DNA of 60,018 nucleotides, counting the filler. It is 4 parts of 4 records of this genome, joined end to end, with 100 filler letters (N's around TTAATTAATTAA, not from the genome) between each part and the next. Parts side by side here need not be neighbours in the genome. Positions count along the whole stretch, not along the records: positions 1 to 31,950 come from SRR22947727_791; 3 more parts are not named here. The stretch is one strand, 5' to 3'. The translations under genes and the position numbers were made by a program. Positions 21,477 through 30,432 of the stretch are shown one piece after another. Every line of letters begins with the position of its first letter. Position 1 is the first letter of the stretch. The notes below the pieces were generated by a model. That model made no database searches, was not told the origin of the DNA, and saw only the letters and a list, made by a program, of their open reading frames with translations.

Positions 21477-22011
21477 GCGATTGTAGTGTAAATTTAACTT
21501 TAGTGCCGTCTGATTCAAGTAGATCGTAAGACACTTGCACCTCTTGTTCATAATGTCTAAAAGCACTGATCATTAGGCCATGTGCCAAACTGTATAAGCC
21601 TCTTGCAGAACTGTATACCATAATGAGTTTATGCTTTGATTTTTCTAAAACCAAAAAAGAAGGTAAATCCGCATCTGGATAAAGTTTCTTTACATGCACG
21701 TGAATGTGGTCTTCTATAGCTGCTATTAAGGGCATAGGGCTATTATAATTTCTCACAATTTCAGGATGCGCTTCATCCAAACTTTTAAATAAATAAAGTC
21801 CAAAAGCATAAAGTAACTCTTGTATGTCTTTAGACACAAGCTCCCCTAAAGCAACCAAAAGGGAGACCATTTCATTAAAATCATAGGTGCCTACTGAAGT
21901 ATAAATACCCTGGTGTAAGGTTTTTGAATTGGTGATTATTTCGTCTACAACAGCCAAGCCAAATTGCGCCTCAACCATGTCTAAAAACTCCGTGAAAATA
22001 ATTCCCTTCAT
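21469..22011 (-). CDS. H-NOX (heme NO/O2-binding) sensor protein
   Basis: MKGIIF N-terminus, YTSVGTYD, proximal His in DHIHVHV, LYPDADLPSF, YxSxR motif (YSSAR). Confidence 0.93.
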   Translation of the reverse strand: MKGIIFTEFLDMVEAQFGLAVVDEIITNSKTLHQGIYTSVGTYDFNEMVSLLVALGELVSKDIQELLYAFGLYLFKSLDEAHPEIVRNYNSPMPLIAAIEDHIHVHVKKLYPDADLPSFLVLEKSKHKLIMVYSSARGLYSLAHGLMISAFRHYEQEVQVSYDLLESDGTKVKFTLQSHV

Positions 22012-22068
22012 ACCTTAAGATTTGGAAGTCTAAAATAAGGTTTATAGATAGAAAGCGTCTTAAAATGT

Positions 22069-22099
22069 TGTGAAACAGTTGTTTTTTGTATGTGAAACA
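22069..22099. promoter_or_regulatory. Candidate LytTR binding site (direct repeat)
   Basis: TGTGAAACA at 22069 and 22091 (22-bp period), upstream of the H-NOX gene. Confidence 0.55.
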
Positions 22100-22129
22100 C
22101 TTTTCAGGCCAAATAATTGATCCAATTAA

Positions 22130-22534
22130 TTAATGAGTCCCTTTTACCAATTCATTTTGTTTCCAATAATTCAAAAGTGATGCTATTTTTAGCACATAAT
22201 CTTCATACTTGAGGGGCTTAACCAAGTATCCTGCTATACCAATGGAATAGGCTTGTTTTAAATCTGATCTATTGATAGAAGTTGTCAGTACAACCGTTGG
22301 GATGTATTTCAAATTTGGATCTGTCCGAAGCTGTTTCAGGAACTCAAAACCATTCATTTTTGGCATATTCAAGTCTAATAGTATTAAATCTATTTGACTA
22401 TTTTCAGCCAATATATCAAGGGCATTTTCCCCATTATGTGCCTCAATTAGCTCGTGTACTTCCCTTAATTTGATCAGGCTCCTGTTGAATTTAAGAATTT
22501 CAATAGCGTCGTCCTCAATTAATAAAATAGTCAT
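22130..22534 (-). CDS. Single-domain response regulator (Rcp1/CheY-like)
   Basis: IEDD, LLDLNMP, VVLTTS and YLVKP motifs. Confidence 0.92.
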   Translation of the reverse strand: MTILLIEDDAIEILKFNRSLIKLREVHELIEAHNGENALDILAENSQIDLILLDLNMPKMNGFEFLKQLRTDPNLKYIPTVVLTTSINRSDLKQAYSIGIAGYLVKPLKYEDYVLKIASLLNYWKQNELVKGTH

Positions 22535-22633
22535 CTAAAAGATTGATTATAAATGAATTTGAGATAAAAATAAACTTTAATTGACCACTCGCACTAAAAA
22601 AATATAAAAATCGGATTAAACGTAAGGTTTTAC

Positions 22634-23389
22634 CTATAAAAGGTTTTTAAACTCATAGAGATATACCGTACTTGGTGTCGCATCATTCACAAAAGGAGCC
22701 AAGCCAATTTGCAGTAAATAGGAGCCATCTAAAACAGTATCTGGCACAAAAATAAATTCTGTTATTGTCGCTTCTGTTCTAATGTTACCATCCACATTCC
22801 AAAATGCTTTATGGGCCTCTAGTGCCCCTTGGTCTTCTTCCTTATCTATAGAAGGAAGGTCTACCAAAAGATGCTGGACACCTAATTCTCTAATGAAAAT
22901 AGCGGCTCCTTGACTTAAATAGGGTGGATTGCTGTAGCTGTATTGATGGAATGCTTTACTTGTAGTATTGGGCAGTGTTCTGACCACCAATGATTCTGGA
23001 ACCTGATTATTCCCTATGGCCACTATAAGTTGGTCCTTAGTGATCTGTAAATCCCCTTTTACTAACACTGGTGCAACAGTAATTAATAAGGTTTCAAAAA
23101 AATTATTTTTCAAAGCATTGAGCACCTGGTAATCACCTGCTAAAATATGGCCCACGCATTCAGTGTGGGTGCCATGTGCATGTGGATTAAAAGAAATATC
23201 GTTAAAATTGACTGGAGCACCAGCTTCAATACTCCCTATAAAATTCCCTTCTCTATGGGGTTTAATACTTGGTGGATCCACATACCAAGCACCTAATGTT
23301 TGATTGTCTTGCAGACTCAAGTGAATACCTATTGGAGTGGAAAAATCAATTTCTTTTTGACCAGTTGTCCCGGTGATAATTGCTTTCAT
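22634..23389 (-). CDS. Cyclase family metal-dependent hydrolase (kynurenine formamidase-like)
   Basis: HAHGTHTE and VDLPSID motifs. Confidence 0.82.
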   Translation of the reverse strand: MKAIITGTTGQKEIDFSTPIGIHLSLQDNQTLGAWYVDPPSIKPHREGNFIGSIEAGAPVNFNDISFNPHAHGTHTECVGHILAGDYQVLNALKNNFFETLLITVAPVLVKGDLQITKDQLIVAIGNNQVPESLVVRTLPNTTSKAFHQYSYSNPPYLSQGAAIFIRELGVQHLLVDLPSIDKEEDQGALEAHKAFWNVDGNIRTEATITEFIFVPDTVLDGSYLLQIGLAPFVNDATPSTVYLYEFKNLL

Positions 23390-23390
23390 A

Positions 23391-24539
23391 CTAATCGATG
23401 TAAAATAATTGAGCCGCTATACCATCAGAAAAAAATAAGCCAGAGTCAGTGATCTTTAAAACAGTATCATTCACTATTTCTAAAAGACCTTCTGCTATTT
23501 TTTCCTGCGCTTCCCTAATCGCGTAGGACTCATATTCAGGACCAAATAAGGCGTTAATCTTTGATAATTCAACCCCTTTAGAGGCTCTCAGTCCTGTCAT
23601 TATATACTCATTGTAACGCTCAGAAACACTTAAATATTCAATATCAAATGGTCGTTTGCCTTCAAAAATAGCTCTAATATATATGGGATTACTGGCTGCA
23701 TTCCAAGAACGGCTTTTCCCATCATAAGAGTGTGCAGAAGGACCAATACCCATATAACTTTTACCTTCCCAATAGCCTGAATTATTTACAGCATAAAAAC
23801 CTTGCCTAGAAAAATTTGAAAATTCATAGTGTTCATATGCTGCATTCGTTAACAAACGCCTTAATGTGGTGAATTGTGCCTGTGCGCGAGATTCATCTAA
23901 GGGAGGTAATTTACCAGACTTTATTTGATGTTCTAATACGGTTTTAGGTTCCATGGTGAGTGCATAGGCAGAAATGTGATTGGGATTGAAGCCCAAAGCC
24001 ATTTTCACATTCTCAGCCCACAAAAGGTCCTGCTCCTCTGGAGACATTCCAAGCATAGGTACCCCATAAATTAAGTCTATGGAATAATTGTCAAAATATT
24101 GCTTTACCCAATGCAAGGCTTCTTTTGACTGACTGGCATTATGAGCGCGATTCATAAATGATAAATCTGACTGATGAAAAGATTGTATTCCCACACTTAT
24201 TCTATTCACTTTCGTCTTAGAAAGCGCTTTAATATACGCCTCTGAAAGGTCATCTGGATTGGCTTCTAAGGTAATCTCAGCAACAGCTGTTATTGAATAG
24301 TGCGAAAAGACGGCTTCAATAAGTCGCTCAATCTCAATGGGGCTTAAAACAGAAGGAGTACCTCCCCCAAAATATATAGAATTTATTTGATCTTGTGCAA
24401 AACTATCTTTTCGCATCTTCAATTCCATACATAGGGCTTCGATCATTTGATCTTTAGAAGTCATTTTAGTAGAAAAATGAAAGTCACAATAACTACAGGC
24501 TTGCTTACAAAAAGGGATGTGAATATAAATACCACTCAT
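23391..24539 (-). CDS. hemW: Radical SAM heme chaperone HemW
   Basis: YIHIPFCKQACSYCDF, FGGGTPS, EANP and YEFSNF motifs. Confidence 0.9.
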   Translation of the reverse strand: MSGIYIHIPFCKQACSYCDFHFSTKMTSKDQMIEALCMELKMRKDSFAQDQINSIYFGGGTPSVLSPIEIERLIEAVFSHYSITAVAEITLEANPDDLSEAYIKALSKTKVNRISVGIQSFHQSDLSFMNRAHNASQSKEALHWVKQYFDNYSIDLIYGVPMLGMSPEEQDLLWAENVKMALGFNPNHISAYALTMEPKTVLEHQIKSGKLPPLDESRAQAQFTTLRRLLTNAAYEHYEFSNFSRQGFYAVNNSGYWEGKSYMGIGPSAHSYDGKSRSWNAASNPIYIRAIFEGKRPFDIEYLSVSERYNEYIMTGLRASKGVELSKINALFGPEYESYAIREAQEKIAEGLLEIVNDTVLKITDSGLFFSDGIAAQLFYID

Positions 24540-24550
24540 AAAAAGTCCTG

Positions 24551-25105
24551 TTATTTTTTAACCCTTGCTGTATTTTGACTGACAAAAGAAGCCCAGCCTG
24601 AATAGGATTTCTCCCCAGTCACTTTCCCTGAATTATAAAAATGACATACCGCAGCGGCTAAACCATCCGTACTGTCTAAATTTTTTGGCAAAGTCTTTAA
24701 TTGTAATAAACTCTGTAGCATTTTAGCCACCTGCTCTTTAGAAGCATTTCCATTTCCTGTAATGGCCATTTTAATTTTTTTTGGCAGGTATTCCGTAATG
24801 GGAATTTCTCTAGACAAACCAGCTGCCATAGCCACGCCTTGCGCCCTACCTAATTTAAGCATAGACTGAACATTTTTTCCAAAAAATGGTGCCTCAATAG
24901 CTATTTCATCAGGATGATAGGTGTCTATTAATGAGATGGTCCTTTCAAAAATAAGCTTCAATTTGGTGTATGGATCTGCGTATTTTTGAAGCAATAATTC
25001 GTTGAGTTGTACAAAATACATCTCATTTCCCACCACTTTTATAATACCAAAACCCATAATAGTGGTTCCTGGATCAATACCTAAAATAATTCTCTCTTTT
25101 GCCAA
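24551..25105 (-). CDS. ruvC: Holliday junction resolvase
   Basis: [21 protein letters not shown] and DSTDGLA motifs. Confidence 0.96.
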   Translation of the reverse strand: MAKERIILGIDPGTTIMGFGIIKVVGNEMYFVQLNELLLQKYADPYTKLKLIFERTISLIDTYHPDEIAIEAPFFGKNVQSMLKLGRAQGVAMAAGLSREIPITEYLPKKIKMAITGNGNASKEQVAKMLQSLLQLKTLPKNLDSTDGLAAAVCHFYNSGKVTGEKSYSGWASFVSQNTARVKK

Positions 25106-25110
25106 TGGAT

Positions 25111-25593
25111 TTAATCTAAATGAATTTCTATTGGGATTTGAAAACGTGTTGCCACAGGAATTCCTTGTTTTATGGCTGGTGATAAAAAAGGCAAAGAAGC
25201 TATTTCTTTTTGTACCCTTTTTTCAAAAGACTGTTTCTCATTTATACTCCCGTTAAATCCCTCAATTTTTTGAATATATATATCAGCAGTTGCATTCACT
25301 TTAAAGTCCATAGAAAAAGTACCTGAAAAAGACAAGCTGTCTTGGTCGTACATTTGTTGAACTACTAGAAGAATTTGTGCTTTTATTACGGCTTCAAAAC
25401 ATTCTTTTTGTAATGATTTTGAAAGGGTTTCTTCGCAGGATTCAAATAGGGGATACAGATCTACAGATTGCCAGTCAATTTCTTTTAATTGATCAGCCAC
25501 ATATTGCGCCTTAAGCTCTTCTTTTGGAGTAAGCCAAGCACAATTGTAAAACAAGCAGATGAGACCTATGTAAAACAAGTTACGCATACCCAA
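25111..25593 (-). CDS. Hypothetical lipoprotein with a TonB-C-like C-terminus
   Basis: Hydrophobic N-terminus ending in Cys; C-terminal [18 protein letters not shown]. Confidence 0.6.
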   Translation of the reverse strand: MGMRNLFYIGLICLFYNCAWLTPKEELKAQYVADQLKEIDWQSVDLYPLFESCEETLSKSLQKECFEAVIKAQILLVVQQMYDQDSLSFSGTFSMDFKVNATADIYIQKIEGFNGSINEKQSFEKRVQKEIASLPFLSPAIKQGIPVATRFQIPIEIHLD

Positions 25594-25660
25594 AGGTAGG
25601 GGAAAAAACTCATTTTTATAAAGTCATATAAATCGTAACTTAGTGAAGATTAAAATAAGT

Positions 25661-26146
25661 ATGGATATATTACTGATCACTCTAGGAGCCATTTGCATTT
25701 TTATTGGAGTATTAGGGAGCTTTGTCCCTGTAATCCCTGGACCTCCCTTGAGTTGGATTGGCCTTTTATTATTGCAATACACCAACATTGTAGCTTTTAG
25801 TCCTATTTTTATTGGGGTTACAGGAGTAATTGCATTGCTCGCTACGCTTTTAGATTATTACTTACCTGTGCTCGGAACAAAAAAATACGGAGGAAGCAAA
25901 GGGGGTGTTTGGGGCGCTATAATGGGTCTATTATTCGCCGTTTTCTTTCCTGTTTTTGGCCCTTTAGGATTTCTGATTTGGCCTTTTGCAGGGGCTTTTA
26001 TAGGAGAATTGAGCCAACAAAAAAATCAAAAAAATGCCTTGAGAGCGGCTTGGGGTTCCTTTGTAGGATTCTTGGCAGGCAGCCTGATCAAATTGATTAT
26101 TTCAATGGCCTATGCTGGGTTATTTATCCAACAATTATTGGGGTGA
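25661..26146 (+). CDS. DUF456 family membrane protein (likely start ATG 25661)
   Basis: GSFVPVIPGPPL, KKYGGSKGGVWG and PFAGAFIGEL motifs. Confidence 0.85.
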   Translation: MDILLITLGAICIFIGVLGSFVPVIPGPPLSWIGLLLLQYTNIVAFSPIFIGVTGVIALLATLLDYYLPVLGTKKYGGSKGGVWGAIMGLLFAVFFPVFGPLGFLIWPFAGAFIGELSQQKNQKNALRAAWGSFVGFLAGSLIKLIISMAYAGLFIQQLLG

Positions 26147-26195
26147 ATTTCGCCTAAGGGCCAAAAAAAGAACTACAATACTTTATTTAGCACAT

Positions 26196-26226
26196 AAAAA
26201 AAAGCCTTCCAAATGGGAAAGCCTTT
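26196..26226 (-). terminator. Intrinsic terminator
   Basis: Minus strand AAAGGCTTTCC-CATTT-GGAAGGC-TTTTTTTT. Confidence 0.8.
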
Positions 26227-26290
26227 CATTGGTTGGACAGCCTCGCCATCTCAACACGGCCTTAACACAAGGTTAAGACACAACACAACA
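26196..26290 (-). ncRNA. Candidate ~90-nt small RNA with UUGUGU repeats
   Basis: Exact TATATTTG box at 26294-26301, hairpin GUCUUAAC-CUUGU-GUUAAGGC, terminator hairpin with U8; no substantial ORF. Confidence 0.5.
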
Positions 26291-26411
26291 CAACAAATAT
26301 AACAAAGCTTTTTTAAAAGATGCTTATTTAAAACTAAATATCATTAAAAATTTAGTTCATTAAGACAGGAAGTTTTAAAATAAAGACACCAATAAAAACA
26401 TTATTTGCCTT

Positions 26412-28760
26412 TTAAAAATCTATTACAATACCAAAACTTGGAATAATAGACCCCTCTTCTAGGGGAATTTGAAATAGGCTGCGAGGATTTACCGGCATAC
26501 CAGAGGCGTCTCTACTAAGCCCATAAGAGGGGGGCTGTGGATTGGCATTTGCCAAAGCATTCTGAACTTCTATAAAGAAATCTAAGGCAACCGCTTTATA
26601 GAACCATTTTTTGTCTATTCTAATATCTAATTGATTAAATGGGTCTAATTTCTGACTCCCCAAACGGTCGTAATCCAAGACAATTTTCGGGTATAACTGA
26701 GCGGTTTGTGGAATATCTGTTGGTACAAATGGAGTAGCTGCAGCAAATCTATGGCGGGCACTTACCTCCCAATTCCTAGGAAGCTTATAGCCTGTGGTAA
26801 AAGAAGCCAAATGCCTACTATCCCATACAGATGGCCTAAAGACCTTAGGGTCTAGCCCTGAAAAAGTGGAATAAAAATAAGTGTAGGAGAAAATTCCAAA
26901 AAAGCGATCCATGAGTTTTTGTTGCCACAACAATTCCAATCCATAGGCTTTACCTTTACCAACAGATGCAATGGCTTCATTTCCTAGGACCTCAAAACCA
27001 GCTCCTTTATTGGCGATTGAAACCCCGTCTTCTAAAGAGACTGGATAGTCTGAATAATATTTATAAAAACCTTCTAAAGACACCCTAGCAGTAGGATTCA
27101 AAATCTTTTCTACGCCTAAGACCAAGTGCGTAGAACGGGTGTAGTCCAAGTCTTGATTTAAAAATTCCTGTGCGGTATTTTGAAAGCCCAACATAGTGTA
27201 TGGGGGAATTTTATAATATACTCCAGCGGTACCATTAAGCTTCCAACTAGGTGTTAAAGCATAAGAAGCAGAGGCCCTTGGAGAGAATGTTTTTAATAAA
27301 TTAGATCCCTTGATAAAAGTATCTCCATCCATTCTAAATCCAAAAGAAAGGGCCAAACGATCCTGTAAAAAATCTTTAGATCCTTGGGCAAACAGACCAT
27401 AGTTCAAAAAATCTAAAGAAGTGTTATATTGATAAGCTGCCAGTGTATTGAGCGTACTATTCTCGTAAAAGGCCCTCTGCAAATTAAGTCCATGACTCCA
27501 TTTCCAGCCCTCTGCAAAACGATTTACCGCCAATCTTAATTTTGTTTCTGACTCTAAAGCGTCGTTTTGAAAGCGAAGCTCTGTTTGTGAGGCATTATCA
27601 TTATACTCACTGTAGGTATTCCAGAGGCTGTTATTACTCAAACTCACCTCCATAAAACCACTCTGATCTTCAAAGCGCCTCTTCCAAGTAACCCCAACAG
27701 TATTGGAGTTTTGGTTAATGAAAGGTACCTGATCAAAAGTAGCTTGCTGGTCCGGGGTAGGATCTTCTGGCAAGGCAACTGTAAATTCATCTATACTTCC
27801 AAGACCTACAAAACTCAGGCTGTTGTAAGCGTCTATTTTGTGGTTTAATTTATATTGGTAATCCCAATAATCAGGTCTAATAGGCAAACCTATCAGTTCG
27901 AATAAAAACTGTAAATAGGACCTTCTCACAGACAAAAGCACATCTGTTTTTACTTCCCCATTTTTTTTATTTACCAAGAGGGGTGTTTCAAGTGTTAAAG
28001 CTGCTTCACTGGCACTCAACCTGAAGTTTCCTGCAAACCCATCTGGGTTTACATCTCTTTGAGTAAATTGTAATACTCCAGACAAAGGATTGTTGTACTG
28101 GGCGCCAAAGGCAGATGAAGAAAGCCTTACATCTGAAATAAAAGAAACATTTAACATGCCTACAGGACCTCCAGCACTTCCTTGGGTACTAAAATGGTTG
28201 ATGTTGGGAATCTCAATACCATCCAAATAATACACCACTTCATTGGGAGCACCTCCTCTGATGATTAAATCATTTCTAAAGCCTCCAATAGAAGGAGAGA
28301 CTCCAGGGAGTGTTTGTGCTACCTGTACCACGTCATTATTAGAACCAGGATAATTTGCAATCTCAACAGCAGAGAGCGATTGGGTAGAAAGTGGGGTCTC
28401 TTTAGGCCTTGTGATAGGACTCAAAGCCACTACCACCTCATCCAAAGCTTGTGAAGTTTCTAAAAGCACAAAATTCAATGGGGGTGTTCCCACAGATTTA
28501 ATTTGAAAATTAAAAACCGTCTGCGAAGTAAAACCTAAATAACCCGCTTGTATCGTATAGGTACCCGGCGGAATATTAGGTATGGAAAACTGCCCCAATT
28601 CATCTGTAATGGCACCAAAAGTGGTCCCTTCCAAAACAACCGTTGCCCCGAATAAAGGACTTTGATTTTCTTCAAAAATTTTACCCGTGAGCACACCCAA
28701 CGCTTGGCTGAAACCCGTTAAAGAAAAAGCAAACAATAGTAGAAATAAGATTTTTTTCAT
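26412..28760 (-). CDS. TonB-dependent outer-membrane receptor with N-terminal carboxypeptidase-regulatory-like domain
   Basis: Signal peptide, GAITDELGQF, plug region IIRGG...YLDGIEI, terminal Phe. Confidence 0.92.
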   Translation of the reverse strand: MKKILFLLLFAFSLTGFSQALGVLTGKIFEENQSPLFGATVVLEGTTFGAITDELGQFSIPNIPPGTYTIQAGYLGFTSQTVFNFQIKSVGTPPLNFVLLETSQALDEVVVALSPITRPKETPLSTQSLSAVEIANYPGSNNDVVQVAQTLPGVSPSIGGFRNDLIIRGGAPNEVVYYLDGIEIPNINHFSTQGSAGGPVGMLNVSFISDVRLSSSAFGAQYNNPLSGVLQFTQRDVNPDGFAGNFRLSASEAALTLETPLLVNKKNGEVKTDVLLSVRRSYLQFLFELIGLPIRPDYWDYQYKLNHKIDAYNSLSFVGLGSIDEFTVALPEDPTPDQQATFDQVPFINQNSNTVGVTWKRRFEDQSGFMEVSLSNNSLWNTYSEYNDNASQTELRFQNDALESETKLRLAVNRFAEGWKWSHGLNLQRAFYENSTLNTLAAYQYNTSLDFLNYGLFAQGSKDFLQDRLALSFGFRMDGDTFIKGSNLLKTFSPRASASYALTPSWKLNGTAGVYYKIPPYTMLGFQNTAQEFLNQDLDYTRSTHLVLGVEKILNPTARVSLEGFYKYYSDYPVSLEDGVSIANKGAGFEVLGNEAIASVGKGKAYGLELLWQQKLMDRFFGIFSYTYFYSTFSGLDPKVFRPSVWDSRHLASFTTGYKLPRNWEVSARHRFAAATPFVPTDIPQTAQLYPKIVLDYDRLGSQKLDPFNQLDIRIDKKWFYKAVALDFFIEVQNALANANPQPPSYGLSRDASGMPVNPRSLFQIPLEEGSIIPSFGIVIDF

Positions 28761-28929
28761 AGCGCGTTAAAATTAAGAAGAAAATAGCGGAAAAAAGCAA
28801 GAATCAAAAAACCACTAAATCCTATTAACATACAAATCAAAAATAACCCCTTAAGGTCTCTAAAACTATGACATAAATCATGTCATTTATTGGGATAGCT
28901 TTAAATAAAACTGGCTTAAAACTGTATCA

Positions 28930-30300
28930 TTAATACGCAGTAGTTGTCCACGGATAAGGGGTTCTTTTAATCCATTGCCCTCTAGTAAAATCAGGAAAAT
29001 CTTGGGCGGCTCCGTTATTCTCTATTGACAATTCAGACAGCGGTGTTACCGCACTCCAAGCGGCGGCATCATAGGCATCTATTGGAGGTGCCACATTGGC
29101 TTTCGCTGCTTCCACAAAAGCATTCAAAACAAAGAAGTCCATTCCGCCGTGACCGGCACCCTCTGCGTATTCTCCGTATTTTTTCCAAAGCGGATGGTCG
29201 TACTTTTCCAGCCATGCTTTAGAGCTGTCCCACCTATGTGGCTCAGATTGTCCCTCTATGTATATCCTGTCGCCATCTTTCTCCCAAAGGCCGTTGGCTC
29301 CTTGTACCCTGAACCCCAAAGAGTAAGGTCTAGGAGAATTACAATCATGGGTAATAATAATGGTTTCACCCATGGCTGTTTCTAGGGTAGAGGTAATAAT
29401 ATCTCCTTGTTTAAAACGCACTTTGGCATTCGGGTGGTCTGCACCACCTTTATCCACAATATACTTGTGTAAGCCCACCGCTTTAGTAGCATGAGAAGAC
29501 ATAGACACAAATCTATTCCCCCTATTTATATTGGCCATAGCGGCAATAGGTCCCAAGCCATGCGTTGGGTAAACGTCTGCATTTCTACTGACAGAATATT
29601 GGGTGCGCCATTTGGCCTCAGAAATGGCTTTTTCACCAAACTCTACCCCTCCACTATAGGGTTGTTTCCCATCATTAAACTTAACATGCCTTAAATCGTG
29701 TTGGTACCCACACCTGTAATGCAGCATTTCTCCAAACACCCCTTCTTTTAACATATTTAGGACCGCCATGACGTCCCTTCTGTAATTTACATTTTCCAAC
29801 AACATAAGATGGGTACCCGTTTCTTCATGGGTATTCACTAAGTCCCAGCACTCTTCCATTGTGTTGGCTGCAGACACCTCAACACCTGCAAATTTACCAG
29901 CTTTCATAGCGTCTACACTCATGCGGGTATGCCAGAGCCATGGGGTGGCGATAATTACGGCATCGACCGTTTTTAGGTCTAATAAATTTTTATAATCCAA
30001 CGCATTCTTTCCAAAAACAGCCGGGGATTTAGCACCCGCTTCTGCCATAATTTTTTGGGCTATGGCAATTCTGTTTGGATCTATGTCTGCAATAGCAGTC
30101 ACCACCACATCTTCCCTTTTAAGTGCGTTTTCCAAATGATTGGTTCCCCTGAGACCCACTCCAATAATACCTATGTGCAATTTTTCATTGGCGCGATTTG
30201 TCGCTTTTCCAAAAGTTTGGCCTAAGGCGTAGTTCGGCAGCACCACTGAGGCGGCACCAAAAGCGGCAGATTTCTGAATAAAGGATCTTCTACTAGACAT
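28930..30300 (-). CDS. Tat-exported NAD-dependent glycosidase, GH109 alpha-N-acetylgalactosaminidase-like (Gfo/Idh/MocA fold)
   Basis: SRRSFI Tat motif, IGVGLRG, ATPWLWH, LLENVNY, YPTHGLGP and GHGGMD motifs. Confidence 0.88.
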   Translation of the reverse strand: MSSRRSFIQKSAAFGAASVVLPNYALGQTFGKATNRANEKLHIGIIGVGLRGTNHLENALKREDVVVTAIADIDPNRIAIAQKIMAEAGAKSPAVFGKNALDYKNLLDLKTVDAVIIATPWLWHTRMSVDAMKAGKFAGVEVSAANTMEECWDLVNTHEETGTHLMLLENVNYRRDVMAVLNMLKEGVFGEMLHYRCGYQHDLRHVKFNDGKQPYSGGVEFGEKAISEAKWRTQYSVSRNADVYPTHGLGPIAAMANINRGNRFVSMSSHATKAVGLHKYIVDKGGADHPNAKVRFKQGDIITSTLETAMGETIIITHDCNSPRPYSLGFRVQGANGLWEKDGDRIYIEGQSEPHRWDSSKAWLEKYDHPLWKKYGEYAEGAGHGGMDFFVLNAFVEAAKANVAPPIDAYDAAAWSAVTPLSELSIENNGAAQDFPDFTRGQWIKRTPYPWTTTAY

Positions 30301-30432
30301 ATTAGTGGGTGTTTGTGGGTTTATATTACCATTAAAGGCAAATGAAATTTAGGGAAAAGTTTTATAAAATAGGCTTCTAAAAGGACATTTTATCTAGGAT
30401 GTAGTATCTTGTAGCCGTTTTATAATGCAACT

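Noticed and set aside
21477-21566. Longer kinase start from the ORF track
   Set aside because: Would overlap H-NOX by 98 bp; ATG 21476 gives a typical coupled overlap
16395-22534. tRNA-Leu as an integration site for the H-NOX locus
   Set aside because: No integrase and no duplicated tRNA 3' end seen; the locus lies on the 5' side of the tRNA, beyond a housekeeping gene
24551-25105. RuvC as a CRISPR or transposon nuclease
   Set aside because: Canonical stand-alone resolvase in a housekeeping context; no repeat-spacer array seen in the window
26226-26293. Tiny peptides within the candidate sRNA (MARLSNQ; a GTG-initiated LCCVLTLC)
   Set aside because: Under 10 codons, and no downstream co-oriented gene to attenuate
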